This document shows, piece after piece, positions 1-13,240 of a stretch of 64,000 bases of DNA. The position numbers and the translations under genes are program-made. A model generated the notes under the pieces. It did not search any database, was not told the origin of the DNA, and saw nothing but the letters and a program-made list of their open reading frames with translations. The DNA comes from Eledone cirrhosa (Eukaryota), in the NCBI GenBank assembly GCA_964016885.1, contig OZ024741.1:137640001-137704000 (forward strand), read 5' to 3'. Each line of letters begins with the position of its first letter. Position 1 is the first letter of the stretch.

Positions 1-595
1 TATTTTTATCAGCCGAAAATTATAGGCATGACGCAAACAGTTGTGATGAAAATTTATTACCAATATTCCATAAAAAAAACATCAATAGACATTTTACAAG
101 TCATTGTCCTTTCTACATTTGCCACCTGTTTTTGTGGAAAGAGGTTCTGATATTTTCCTCAGTACCAGTTCATCTCTTTGAACTAAAAGAATTAATCGTT
201 GCCATACTAACATGCCAATTAATGGTGCTGAACAACTCTTGTTGAAGATAAAAAGCTCTAAGCTTTTGTGCTATGTCACAATCAGTGACTTCCGAATTGT
301 AACTGGTTTAACGCTATTGAACAAAGCAAAGCTTCGTTGCCATTGTTTTGATGCTATAATGGTGCATTGCCGTTAGGTTATTTAAGTGAATTTAATCTGC
401 GCTGTTTTTACAGATGTTATTATAGTTCTTCTCTCCATAGACACATAATCTAGTGTAACCAAAGTCTATCTTTGACATGAAAACCTTTGAAGAACAAACT
501 ATTCGAAATAAATGACACTATATATATTTAAGTAGAAGAGAGCTATGTACATTTATAGACTGTAGCGAGACTGAGAAATAAAAATACATAAAGAA

Positions 596-628
<33 letters not shown>

Positions 629-1347
629 ATGAGAGAGAGAATGAGAGAGAGAGAGAAAGGGGGGTAATAAGTATCTTTCAGATGCCCATTTATTGAAAGT
701 ATCATTTAAATTCATTAACCGTCCTATTAAATGTATGAAATAAAATCTGTTAAAAAAGAAAGAATTGAAGTCCATAATTTTAGTAGTTTTTTTTTTAAAC
801 ATGAATATTTGAGATTTTAGCATGAAATTCTTTAAAAATAACTTTAAAATAACTTTAGCATGAAATTCTTTAAAAATAACTTTAAAAACCCCCGAAAATT
901 AAATGCGCTCTCTTGTGTAAAAATAGGAACCTCTACGGAGATATGGCAGTGGTTCTCTACGGAGATATGGCAGGTTTACTAGTGAGTTTGTGATGTTTTT
1001 TAGCCTACAAAGTTCTTTTCATATGAAGAAACATATTGCAAGGAAATACCTCTGTCCCCTATATACACTGAACTACTAACCAATAAACTAGACAAAGCAG
1101 CCAAACTTTCCTCGAATCCCACAACATTGCCTTAAAGGATAAAGGGCCCATTTGACAATAATGTTTTATATACAATGCGTATGAACAGCTGGGGAGTTTT
1201 TGATTCATTGGTTTGCATTGGTAGAGATTAAGTGAAGCTAAAGAACAGAAGCAAGAAATGCTTTCCATCCATCCAATAAACTGGAACTTACTCAAAATTA
1301 AATGAAAAACTCCATTTATAAATCTTATGTATATATATATATATATA

Positions 1348-2820
1348 TGTTGAGCATCGTTGGGAAGGTATTTGCCTGCGTGGTTCTGAACAGACTACAG
1401 AAAATAGCTGAGAGGATATACCGCGAATCTCAGTCTGGTTTTAGGTCAGAACGCTCCAACATCGACATCATCTCCCTTCGACAGCTACAGGAGAGTGCCG
1501 AGAACAAATGCAACTACTCTACACCACCTTCATTAACCTCACGAAGGCATTCGATCTAGTTAGTAGAGCCGGCCTTTTCAAAATCCTTGCAAAGACTTGT
1601 TCTTCTTTAAGACATCTCAAGTGAGTCCAAGCGGTATGAAAGGTGTCATTCAATTTGATGGTTCTTCTTCGGAGGCGTTTAACATATGCAGCGATGTGAA
1701 GCAGGACTGTGTGCTTTCCCCAACACAGTCTGACACCTTTTTCGCAGAGATGCTGAAGCACGCATTTGGAACGCCAACTGATGGTGTTTACCTTCACACC
1801 AGATCAAACGGGAAGCTGTTTAGTTTGTCAAGGCTGAAAGCAAAATCCAAGGTTCGCCAGGTACTCATGAGAGAAATGCTGTTTGTGGATGATGCAGCAC
1901 TGGCAGCGTTCTCTGAGGAGCAAATGAAGCACTTTATGGACAAACACGCGAGGGCCCGCAGGAATTCGGCCTGACCATACGTCAGAAGAAAACCAACATA
2001 CCATGACAAGGTGTCAAGTACCTCCTACCATCACTACGAACAACTACGAGCTTGAGGTAGTCCACGAATTCATCTACCACGGTTCTACCATTCCTTACAG
2101 TATCTCGTTGGATCCCGAGATCAGCAGACGAGTTGGACGAAAAACCTCCATATTTGCCAGGCTGACGAAGAGAGTCTGGGAGAACAGAAGACTGACTTCA
2201 AACACCAATATTGCTGTCTACAAAGCACGCAACTTTACGACAGCGAGTCATGTAGCCTCTAATCCAGAAAAGAGCGGCGTCTCGACGTCTTCTAGCTTAG
2301 TAGCCTGAGACACATTTTGGATATCAAGTGGATCGACCTAGTCACCAACACTAAAGTTCTCAACCACACCATGATACTCAGCATGTTCACCTTGCTCCAA
2401 CAGCGCCATCTGCACTGGCTTAGTCGGTCACGTGCATTGTATTTCGGACGGGAGGATCTCAAAAGACATACAGCATGGGGAACTGACTACCTTCACAAGA
2501 GCAGGAATACCATTTCACCTTTGTTTCAAAGACGTCTGAAAATGAGATATGAAGTCAATAGATCTGGACATCCAGCGATGGAAAGAGGTCGTTAATGCTC
2601 ACCCATGCTGACGACGAGAACTAGACAAAGGGATGAAGTCATGGGAAGAGCAACTGAAACGTGCCAACGAAGAAAGGTGCGCTCGAAGAAAGGACAAAAC
2701 AGTAGCACCGGAGTAGAGTATCTTCAAATGCAGTCGTTGTAAACTTCGTTGGCAATCTTGTATGCACAAAATTCTCCAGGCGCTGGTCCATGGTCATTTG
2801 AAACAGGCAGATGGCAATAA
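1348..2820 (+). mobile_element. 5'-truncated, frameshifted RTE-clade LINE (RT and C-terminal remnants)
   Basis: ORFs 1302-2595 give LSIVGKVFACVVLNRL...ESQSGFRSERS, VKQDCVLSP and MLFVDDAAL (RT YADD-equivalent), then RTE C-terminal sequence. Bounded by (TA)n on both sides. Confidence 0.9.
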
Positions 2821-2823
2821 TAC

Positions 2824-2941
<118 letters not shown>

Positions 2942-3454
2942 ACTAGGGTAGTAGAGTGGGTAATACGCAAATATATATGCATGTAGTATGATACGTCAAA
3001 TAAAATCGTAACTGAGAATATCCAGTGAAAATGAAGAGAGTCTGTGTTACACTCTCTTCTGCAATCAGTAAAGTAAACCATGACACATTTAAAAAAGACG
3101 ATATTATATATAAACTACATAAGGAGAAAATTAGCGACGGAAATAAAAGGGTTATAATATAACAGGCGCTAACCGGAAGTGTTGACATTTGAACATTTTA
3201 AAGAAATGAATCTTTAAATAAGCAATAAAATTATTTATATTTAATCAAGAGTTACGAAATTTAGTACATAAATTATGTAATATTCATTCATTATTTATTC
3301 AAAGTAATCCAACTTATTTTACAAACGGGATAAAAATATATATTCTGGACGCAGTCCCGTATTCCTTTCGTTATTATAGTTAAGATATATATATATATAT
3401 TCACACATACACGCACACTCACACACACACACACACACACACACACCCACACAC

Positions 3455-3770
3455 CGCACTGACGGCGTACGGTCTGCTTCTCTGACCGCTCATGAAATTC
3501 ACCCAGATTATGCTGATCGGATAACTACCATGTGGCTTGCTGTTTTTCCAACCTTCGGTTTGCTTTTCCTTCTGTTGTTTACTTGTCTCACTCGCTTTAC
3601 GCGTTTCATTTGTCCCAATAGCTTATTTTAGTTATTGCTCGCACCAACCTGAGGTATCTGATTTTTAATGCGATGAAATACCAATGATGGTTGGCAAAAT
3701 CACTGATGAGGGACTAATTTTATAATATGTAATCCATGTGCAACCATGCAGTATTCTTCTTCCACATGTT

Positions 3771-3775
<5 letters not shown>
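3455..3775 (+). mobile_element. Solo 3' tail (pseudo-LTR) of a Naiad-like Penelope-like element
   Basis: Homologous to 24025-24405 and to the 3' UTR (49470-50135) of the GIY-YIG element at 48985. Flanked by (CA)n and (TA)n. Confidence 0.75.
3612..3714 (+). ncRNA. Putative permuted hammerhead ribozyme with kink-turn, copy 1
   Basis: GGTAT-C|TGATTTT (3653-3665), GAAA-TACC (3675-3682), AAAATCA-CTGATGA (3696-3709). All core nucleotides are present but in non-canonical order. Confidence 0.7.
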
Positions 3776-3844
<69 letters not shown>

Positions 3845-4089
3845 CGTATCACCATGCTCAGGAATTATACCTACCTTCCGACCGTGTGGCCAACATACTA
3901 ACCAATAGGCTACGAACCTATACTACAAACACACACACACATATTTATGTGTTGTATGTATGTATATATTTATATTTGTATGCAGTTGACAGACGAGAGA
4001 ATGGAGTACTCAATACCGAAGTAGATTTTAAATATTCCTTTATTATTCCTTTATTAATAAGTAGTAGTAAGTCTTATTAGCCTGGAGTT

Positions 4090-4140
4090 TCTTGTCTGGT
4101 GATCCTGCGAGTGCGCAGGTGAAACTCCAGAGTGACAAGA
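4090..4140 (+). ncRNA. Decayed type I hammerhead
   Basis: TCTTGT CTGGTGA T CCTGCG agtg CGCAGG T GAAA CTC ca GAG T G ACAAGA. Stems I-III pair; defects are A6G and G at position 17. Confidence 0.7.
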
Positions 4141-4152
4141 CTTACTGCTTAG

Positions 4153-4218
<66 letters not shown>

Positions 4219-4325
4219 GAAAAGAGTCAGGACCCCGATGGCTGAGCTCCGGCCATTTCGACAGCTAGATCCGAACTAGCTGTCGAAACGGCCGGAGCTC
4301 AGCCATGGGGGTCCTGACTTTTTTC
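4219..4325. repeat. Fold-back inverted repeat (about 50-bp arms, 7-nt loop)
   Basis: AGTCAGGACCCC...GACAGCTAG atccgaa CTAGCTGTC...GGGGTCCTGACT. Confidence 0.9.
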
Positions 4326-4445
4326 TTATTACCCACTCTACTACCCTAAGTATCGAGTACTCTGGTGCGTTATGGTCCACCTGGTTTCTTACCACACTTT
4401 CTTTGTTATACATATATATATATGTGTGTCTGTGCGTTCGTGTGT

Positions 4446-4493
<48 letters not shown>

Positions 4494-4989
4494 GTATACA
4501 TGTATACACACATTATATTGCAAGTGTATTCACCTACTTTTTAGTCAGTTGGTTCTTGCAAATCATATATCCAAGAATATAACTTATCTAAAGCAGACAT
4601 GTTCCCATATCTAACGTATCTATCACCTCCAGTAGGGTTCATTCAATATATGGAAATTATGTTACTAAGCCGAATATTATTTTTTGAAGGAAATATCCAC
4701 CAAAGAAAGAACATTTCCTGATCAAAGTCAATCTCGTGATCATGCGATTGATTTTCTCTCTAAGAATAAGCTGAATATCGATTCAAAGATATATTAGTTT
4801 CTGCTTCGTCTAAATTCAAACTTTGAACTACTGCAGTGGGCGGTCATAATGCTACTATATATTTTAATGTTGATGCTGATAACGGCAACAGATATGATAA
4901 GAACCATGGTTTTAAAATTCTTACGGAGGCTAAAAATTTAAATCATACACTACTACGGACCTATTCTCTTACCTAACTTGTATTGAGTG

Positions 4990-5305
4990 AAGACATGTGG
5001 TTTAGTGGTTAGGCTGTTCTGTGTACGATAGCATGTTTGTGATTTCGATTGCTGTTGGCACCTTGTGTATTTGAGTAATACTATTTCAATTTGCTCTAGT
5101 CCGCTCCACTAGAAAATATGAGTTGTACCATTAGTTCAAATAGTCAATCTTGGCATATACTGAGTCACGCTGAATCAACAGGAAAACTATGGTAAGGGTA
5201 CACCCGTCTGAGGACTACTCAGCCACTCTCACATTAATTTCATGAGCAGCATGATGTTCTGTTGTTCAAACAACTGAAACAGTTTTGTCGGAATTGATGG
5301 AAATC
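4990..5305 (+). mobile_element. Decayed tRNA-derived SINE (family A)
   Basis: Head GTGGTTTAGTGGTTAGG...TTCGATT and central TTGCTCTAGTCC motif shared with copies near 9590, 26535 and 35355. Confidence 0.6.
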
Positions 5306-5973
5306 TAACACATTCACCCCCTCTGTTAATATCATAGCCAATAACGTAACGTAAAAAAAGCTGTGTCATGACGAGGCCACAGATGGATTACAGAAACCAG
5401 TAAACGAAAGAAAAAGAGCTGATCATCTGATCGGACCGAAGAAACTGTTTCAAATGGTATTTTCATTGCTGATACTATTTTCGTGTTGAAACGCATGGTA
5501 ATGAACAATACAGCCAATCCGACGCTCTTGGACATGTATGTCATCGACCCCGAAATAATAAAAGGTAACGCGGACCTCGGTTGAGTTTGAAATAAGTAAA
5601 GAGAGCCGTAACAAAATATCATGATATATAATCTAATAAACTCTAACGAACTACCAGCCAATTCATCAATAAAAGAATAGTAGTAATCCGAGGTATTTTG
5701 TACTCCTAGATAACATAGTTCCTTATAAATGGAACCGGAGTTTTATTGACATTTTCCCCGTGTTTTTATATACCACTTCATCCTTCTCATATATATTGAA
5801 TTGAGCTTGACATTTTAAATTAAATTCTTAAAGTTATTTTCCTTATAATTATGGATAGTATAGAAAATATCAAGTTTCTAATGTTAATAGATTCTGGAAA
5901 ATAAGAATAGATACTCAATAATTGAAAACAAGCTAAGTGTCATAAAACAATTTAAGCACGTACACCTCGATAC

Positions 5974-6060
<87 letters not shown>

Positions 6061-6067
<7 letters not shown>

Positions 6068-6500
6068 TAAAATAACAGATTAAAGTTTAAGCAAAGAATC
6101 ACTCCTTTCACCCTTAACGGGATCTTCTGAAACCAACAAAGTCAATCTGTGAACGTTGCAACCGGAGGAAGACAGGAAGACGATACTTTGGTTCGTGGAA
6201 ACGTTCCTTGGCAAAGAACGGGAAAAAACGAATATAATACGTCATTATTTGGAGCGGTGAAAAACAATTGCACGCAAAGACAAAACCACGTTTATGGTAT
6301 AAAAGAAGTCGTAGACTAATATTCTTTTAGGTGGTTCATAGAGACATTCTCTGGCAATGAACGGAAAAAACGAAGATAATACGTCATATGTGGACCGTGG
6401 AGAACAATTGCACGCAAAGACAAAACCACGTAAATGGTATAACTGAAGTCGTAGACTAACATTCTAAATAGGAAACCGAATGATTCTCGGCTTCAGAGTT
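6061..6500 (-). mobile_element. PLE-type tail with HHR-like motif (6085-6133) and internal ~135-bp tandem duplication
   Basis: 6061-6133 is near-identical to 7398-7471 and 56177-56246. 6205-6326 is repeated at 6345-6465. Confidence 0.65.
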
Positions 6501-7050
6501 AAGAATAAAGTAAATAAAATACAGAGGTAATTGAAATTAAATAAATACATACACGCATCCAAATACGTACATACACAAGCATACGCGAAAACACTCGCCA
6601 TAGATATACAAATACGCGCACATATAAATATGTGTGTGTGTGTGCGTGTATACAAATAATTAAATAAACGTATATAAATAAATAAATACGTATATGACAA
6701 GCGCACACACATACCTACATGTAAATACACATATGTTCGGAGACGTACGTCAACCATAACACGAAGTACACATATACACACACCCTACATACGTACGAAC
6801 CCGCATACTCACACAGACGTAAAACTCACGTATACCAAAAGCATATGTACCAGAATATATAAAATATACGCCATAACATATACAATCAAATATACGTACG
6901 AGAAAGTATACGTACCTTCACAAAACATACAGGTAATATATACTTACCTATGCAAATAAGTAATGGTATAAACATAACATATACTTAACTACATATTATT
7001 ACTACATATAAGTAAATATATATATAAATATATAAATAAATATATATATA

Positions 7051-7126
<76 letters not shown>

Positions 7127-7147
7127 AATATATATAAATATATATAA

Positions 7148-7305
<158 letters not shown>

Positions 7306-7420
7306 ATATAGTAATAATAATAAATTTGAAGGATAAAATCCAAAGAGGGGTTGATAAGGAGAAATATATATCAAATATATAAGAACCGTAGAGCAAATAT
7401 TTATTTAAATAACAGATTTA

Positions 7421-7471
7421 AGTTTAAGCAAAAAATAGGTGCTTTCACCCTTAACAGGATCTTCTGAAACT
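7421..7471 (-). ncRNA. Type I hammerhead variant (CAGAAGA core)
   Basis: Reverse complement: AGTTT CAGAAGA T CCT gttaa GGG T GAAA GCA cctattttt TGC T T AAACT. Confidence 0.65.
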
Positions 7472-7516
7472 ATATTTATATAAACTATATTTATATATAT
7501 ATACATATATATTTAA

Positions 7517-7603
<87 letters not shown>

Positions 7604-7944
7604 AGAGAGGTATACATAATTCTCTTCTTAAAAGCTATCAGATTCCTTTATTTCTTTCTATATGTAGGTGTGCTCGCTTTTATGTTGTTAGTCGTTCTCC
7701 TATAGAGTTCTACGCTGCCTTTATTATGTGAATAAATAATAGATTTAAAATATAATTTAGAATATTGAATAGAATATATTCTGAGTTAAATTGCTGGTTA
7801 ACTCTATGTGTGATAGACCTCCGTCGCTTCCGAAGACGACTGTTCAGTTTCAATATATTCGATCAATGAAACAGCTTGATGTTCATTCTACACACTCATA
7901 CACCCTGACGTTATTGTTATGGAGAATCTGAAGACCTGTCAACT

Positions 7945-8105
7945 CGCCCCGTCGGACTTTCGGGTGGGTGAGAGATGGCTTATCTTGTGAAAATGGGTAT
8001 AGCTCTCATTATGTAAAATCTCCCCATTTTGCCTCATTTATCTCCGCTTTGGGGGCACTTTTTATCGTGTACCCCGTTAGGGTTTTTAGAGGTTGACGGG
8101 TCTGA
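7945..8105 (+). repeat. Unclassified dispersed repeat (second copy about 17270-17440)
   Basis: Shared GACTTT..GGTGGG.GAGAGATG.CTT..C.TGTGAAAATGGGTATA..T.TCATTATGT..ATCTCC.CATTTTGCCTCA. Confidence 0.75.
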
Positions 8106-8298
8106 ATCGGTGTCACAGTGTGTGGAAAGTCCAGTATTCTGACTCCTAGGTACACCTTATTTCAACCAGTGAAATTGAGTTGAGTTGACTGGTATAATGT
8201 GGAAAAAAAGTTTTTCTTTCTTTATAATAAGAAATCATCGACTGAATGGCCCATGAGTTTATATACAAAACGAGCTTTTTCGTTAAATATCTGGCCTA

Positions 8299-8335
<37 letters not shown>

Positions 8336-9323
8336 TATCTTAGGCAGCTTTGTATTTAATTGAGTTTTGTCAGTGAATTGATTAAGCAAATGGAACAAGA
8401 AATAGGCCTAGTCCCACATAATGTTTTGCTAATAATCAACTGATCATAGATTCGAATCATCTGTGCATTACATCATGAAAATACGATTTTATTTCTAGTT
8501 TATAAAATAAATATTTTAAGCTTTACACGACATGAATTACATATATATTGTATTAATCTCTGATTAACTGTTTTTTGTCACACTTTGAGAACGGAACTGA
8601 GTGGGAGGTTGGATTATACGTTTAATTCAAAGGGCCAGTCTTGTCACAAAATCTCACGCTGTTTCTGCTTGTTAAGAATTATGTTTAGGTTACAAATATT
8701 CGTGGAATACACAGCCACCTAACCGATGGTGGAGTCTAGTTACTGTATTTACCAGCGAATTAATGTACACACAAACATACAAACTTATGCGTATAGATAA
8801 GTGTGTTTCGTTTTGTATATTCACATGCGCGTGTGTATGTATATGTGCATTTTTGTTAGACAATACAATATCTATGGAGCATCTTCTCATAAGAAAGTAG
8901 TTAAGAACGAAAGAATGAGAGAATACGACGGAATAATCGAATAACAGAGCATGAGTGGAATAGTGGACGAATAGATGTGTGTATGTTATACATATAACTG
9001 TGTGTCTGTGTGTTCGCACCGCTACTGGTTCAGTAGCAAATGGTATGAATCAAAGACTTCACTAGTTGCTGTTAATAGAAGGTGGAATCCCTTAAGAAAT
9101 TCCACTACAATAAATATGTATATTTCATGTATGACAAAGACATGCATTCTACTTTAATATAAATTTGTTTATAACATGGTGAATAATTAAATAAAGGTGA
9201 GTCGAGCCATTAAACCACACACACACACATACCCCTCCACTCACACACAGAGACAAGCACTCACGCAAAACAACTGTGACCGTTGTTCACCTAAGATGAA
9301 TGTGTATGCTTGTGTGTGTATGC

Positions 9324-9414
<91 letters not shown>

Positions 9415-9589
9415 TGTGTGTATGTGTGAATATTCGTGTTTGTGTGTTCGTGTACAACAATGTTTGGAAGTTATCTGGACTACAAGAATCTTGTTAGTTT
9501 CAAAGTTGGATGTTTATAAATATGTAATATTTCAAGTTGTAATATGTAATATTTCAAAGTTGGATGTTTATAAATATGTAATATTCCAA

Positions 9590-9880
9590 GAGTGCGTGGC
9601 GCAGTGGTTAGGTTGTTCTAATGGCGATCGTGTGTTCGATTTCTGGTGAAGCGTTGTGTCTTTAAGCTAAGACACTAACTCTTCTCCAGTTCACTCAGCT
9701 GGGAAAAATGGATTTTGTTTGTAATTAAAAAGACTACAATTGTCATACACAATCAAGCGGGATCTTCCTGAGAATTACGTTTACGATACACGTGTTTCAG
9801 GAATACTCAACCATTTCACGAGCAACGTGTTTCATTGTTCATACCACTAGAACACTCATCGTCGAAACCGAGGGAGGTTC
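9590..9880 (+). mobile_element. tRNA-derived SINE (family A)
   Basis: A-box-like GTGGCGCAGTGG, B-box-like GTTCGATT and central CTCCAGTTCACTCAGCTG. Confidence 0.65.
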
Positions 9881-11103
9881 AATACATTTCATATATTGCA
9901 AATACATGCGCTGTTTTGAATGTCCGTTATATATTGGATAAGAGATAAATGTGGTGTATCTGCCAATGATTTATTTTACCTGGTAAATATCATTTGTCTT
10001 TTAACGTATATCAAATTGAAGGCGATTGTTATGCAGGTTCCACAGCATTTTACTGTTAATATTATTGGAACAGGTTGTCAATGTTTATTTAACATGAAAC
10101 GTTATATATAAGTGAAAGTTGGAAACAAATGGAGACTTGGATAGACTATTAATAACATATCTGCTATGTAATCTCTTGAATGCGTGACAAGTTGAAAAGT
10201 TCAGAAATATCGAAGATGTAGTTATTGAAGTGGGGAAACTGGTTGCAAATGAGGTACTAGATGTTGTTATTTAAGATATTGACAATTTTATTCACATTTT
10301 TGGCAGATACGCCAGAGCGCCGAATAAAATTCAGTGCCTTTCAGAATAGCTCTTCATGTTAAATTAATATAAGACAATAATATACCTAGGAAGTCATTTA
10401 TTCCAAACTAAAAAGAAATTCCACTATATTTCATCAAAAGTTTTAAATGGAGATAAGCTCAGCAAGACAGGAGTCCGCTATTTTTCGAGGAGTTCACCAC
10501 ACACTTGTTTTGTTTCTTTGCATCTTGTCACATATTTTCAAGAGGATTTCTTGAGGACTCCAAATAGATTGCAGTATTTAGTTAAGGCTTACTACCATAC
10601 GAAAAGTTAGAGACTTGGACAAAATGTTTTGTATTTAGTTACATTTTTCAAAATTTTCTGAATTCAAATCTTGGTTTTAATTATTCTCGGCTGGATAAAA
10701 TAAAGTAATATTTATATACTCACATCCATGTAACGTCTCTCTCACCAGCTGTTGGAATTGTACCTACATTAGAAACCATCTACTAGAAAAAAAAACCCTT
10801 GAAACGGCGGTTCCTTATCCATCTCAATCTGCTGGAGAGATTTTGATTGTTTTGCACCCATCTTTGTATAAGTTGAGTTTCGTACCTCGGATTATCGGGG
10901 CTATTGGCATCCCCGGAGCTACAAATTCTATCCTTCAGGCACCCAAATCGCTAGGAGGTACAGGTAATAGATAAAAGGATGTCTGTCTCTTTTCCTCAAT
11001 TATGTTTATTTTGTTACCAACTCGTATTTTAGTGATTCTCCCTCTCTCTCTCTCTCCCCTCTCTCTCTCTCCCTCTGTCTCTCCCCCTCTCCCCCTCTCT
11101 CTC

Positions 11104-11214
<111 letters not shown>

Positions 11215-11581
11215 TAGGAGAAGGAAAGCTCTGATATAACACCTGCAACCCTGATGGTATCCAATAATGTTGACTTGTTCTTCTTTTTGGTAAATATCAT
11301 CTTGGTTAAGAGAGTGGAACTGGCTTTGTGCAGTGCCTTTGCTCACTATAAAAGCTTCACGGCACAGGCATTGCTTTATATCTGGAGATGTCTCTGCACT
11401 TGTCGTCACATGGTACCATGGGCCCAGCACTATGTGTCAATAATTGTCACAAGTGTAGTGTTTGTACCAGTTTTGAAGTCGCTGGCAGGACTAAAAAGTC
11501 ACACTCGTTCAGCGCATCGGTAGGGGTTCTCCTACATGGATATAAAGTAGTGGCCGTACTCGAAAACGAGTTGGCAGCCAC

Positions 11582-11622
<41 letters not shown>

Positions 11623-11703
11623 ATAAATTAACGGTGCCATAGGCCCTCGCCATTGCCTGTAAATAATGTGCTCAAAGGAGAAGAAATCCTGAGCTCTTTA
11701 AAA

Positions 11704-12324
<621 letters not shown>

Positions 12325-12374
12325 ATATATATATGTATATAATATATATATGTATATATATATATAATATATAT

Positions 12375-13240
12375 GCGGACAAACGACTCGGTTTGGATGC
12401 TCCTGTCACCCGTCATTTCTGTTCTCCTGGTCATTCTTCCCTACATGTTTCAGTCCTGGGTGTCCTTTTACATCATGGATTACAGGCCTGCGCACCAGGA
12501 CTGAACAAAGTCTGATTCACCGCCTTGGGTCCTATACCCCTCCTGGACTCGAACTCACCTCCGCAATTTCTCTAATACCCCGTCCATTATCACACCCCTA
12601 GATTTCTATCGCTTTCTCTTGATCATTAACATCTTCTCTTACAACTAATACATGCCGACTATATATGCTCACTCCACTTTTTCCTTCACTGATCTGTATA
12701 CATACATACACACCCCTATATTAACATACTTTTGCTCATAGCTTCATACTTACATGCACACACACACTTTTACGCACATATACACACATATTTCTTCTTA
12801 GCTTCGTACGGACGTATTATACCCCCCCCCCACACACACATGCACACACACACACGTACGCACACACACATACACACACATACACATATGCTTACGCACG
12901 TGCACAAGTATAACTCTTTTTACAAAACGTTTTTTTTTCCCATTTCAGGTAGACGCGTTCTATCATCCACTTTTCTAAAAAACAAATCATACACAAAACG
13001 CCAGCAGCAACAGTTTTGCAAGAGATGTCAACATGAAAGGACCTGTTATTTTTATTTAAAGACATTTTTTCCAATTCCAGCCCGCCCGTCCCCTCAATCT
13101 ATCTTATTTCTCATTTTTACTTCTGACGAAGGATTAGCGTCCGAAACGTTAAGACCTTCTTCCTGCTATACCAAGCGTTAACCTAATATACCCCTTCCAT
13201 ATCTATACCGATTGTGTTGTTATTTCTGTTTACCTTTTAC
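12375..13240 (+). mobile_element. 3' fragment of a Neptune-like PLE (GIY-YIG end plus tail)
   Basis: RLGLDAPVTRHFCSPGHSSLHVSVLGV. Homologous to 46365-47100. Flanked by (TA)n. Confidence 0.8.
13120..13153 (+). ncRNA. Minimal type I hammerhead (PLE type)
   Basis: CTT CTGACGA A GGA ttagcg TCC GAAAC GTT AAG. Palindromic (AACGTT) stem III. Confidence 0.75.

Noticed and set aside
816-975. Short direct duplications (also 9498-9590, 20200-20341, 53426-53488) resembling repeat-spacer arrays
   Set aside because: Only two copies each, no spacer series and a eukaryotic context. These are local slippage duplications, not CRISPR.
3644-3694. Canonical type I reading of the same motif: CCAAC CTGAGGT ATC...GAT GAAA T...AT G GTTGG
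   Set aside because: It needs A9U and G17 in all copies and loses U4 and U16.1 in copy 3. The permuted model keeps all core bases and explains the covariation.
3683-3694. SECIS element (AUGA/GA core; some Naiad PLEs are selenoproteins)
   Set aside because: Strand order is reversed relative to a SECIS, there is no apical AA loop, and the linked GIY-YIG ORF (48985-49440) has no in-frame TGA.
4064-4148. Second permuted-hammerhead candidate (CTGGAGT pairing with GAAACTCCAG)
   Set aside because: The upstream complement is part of a fold-back arm. A standard type I fold explains the motif.
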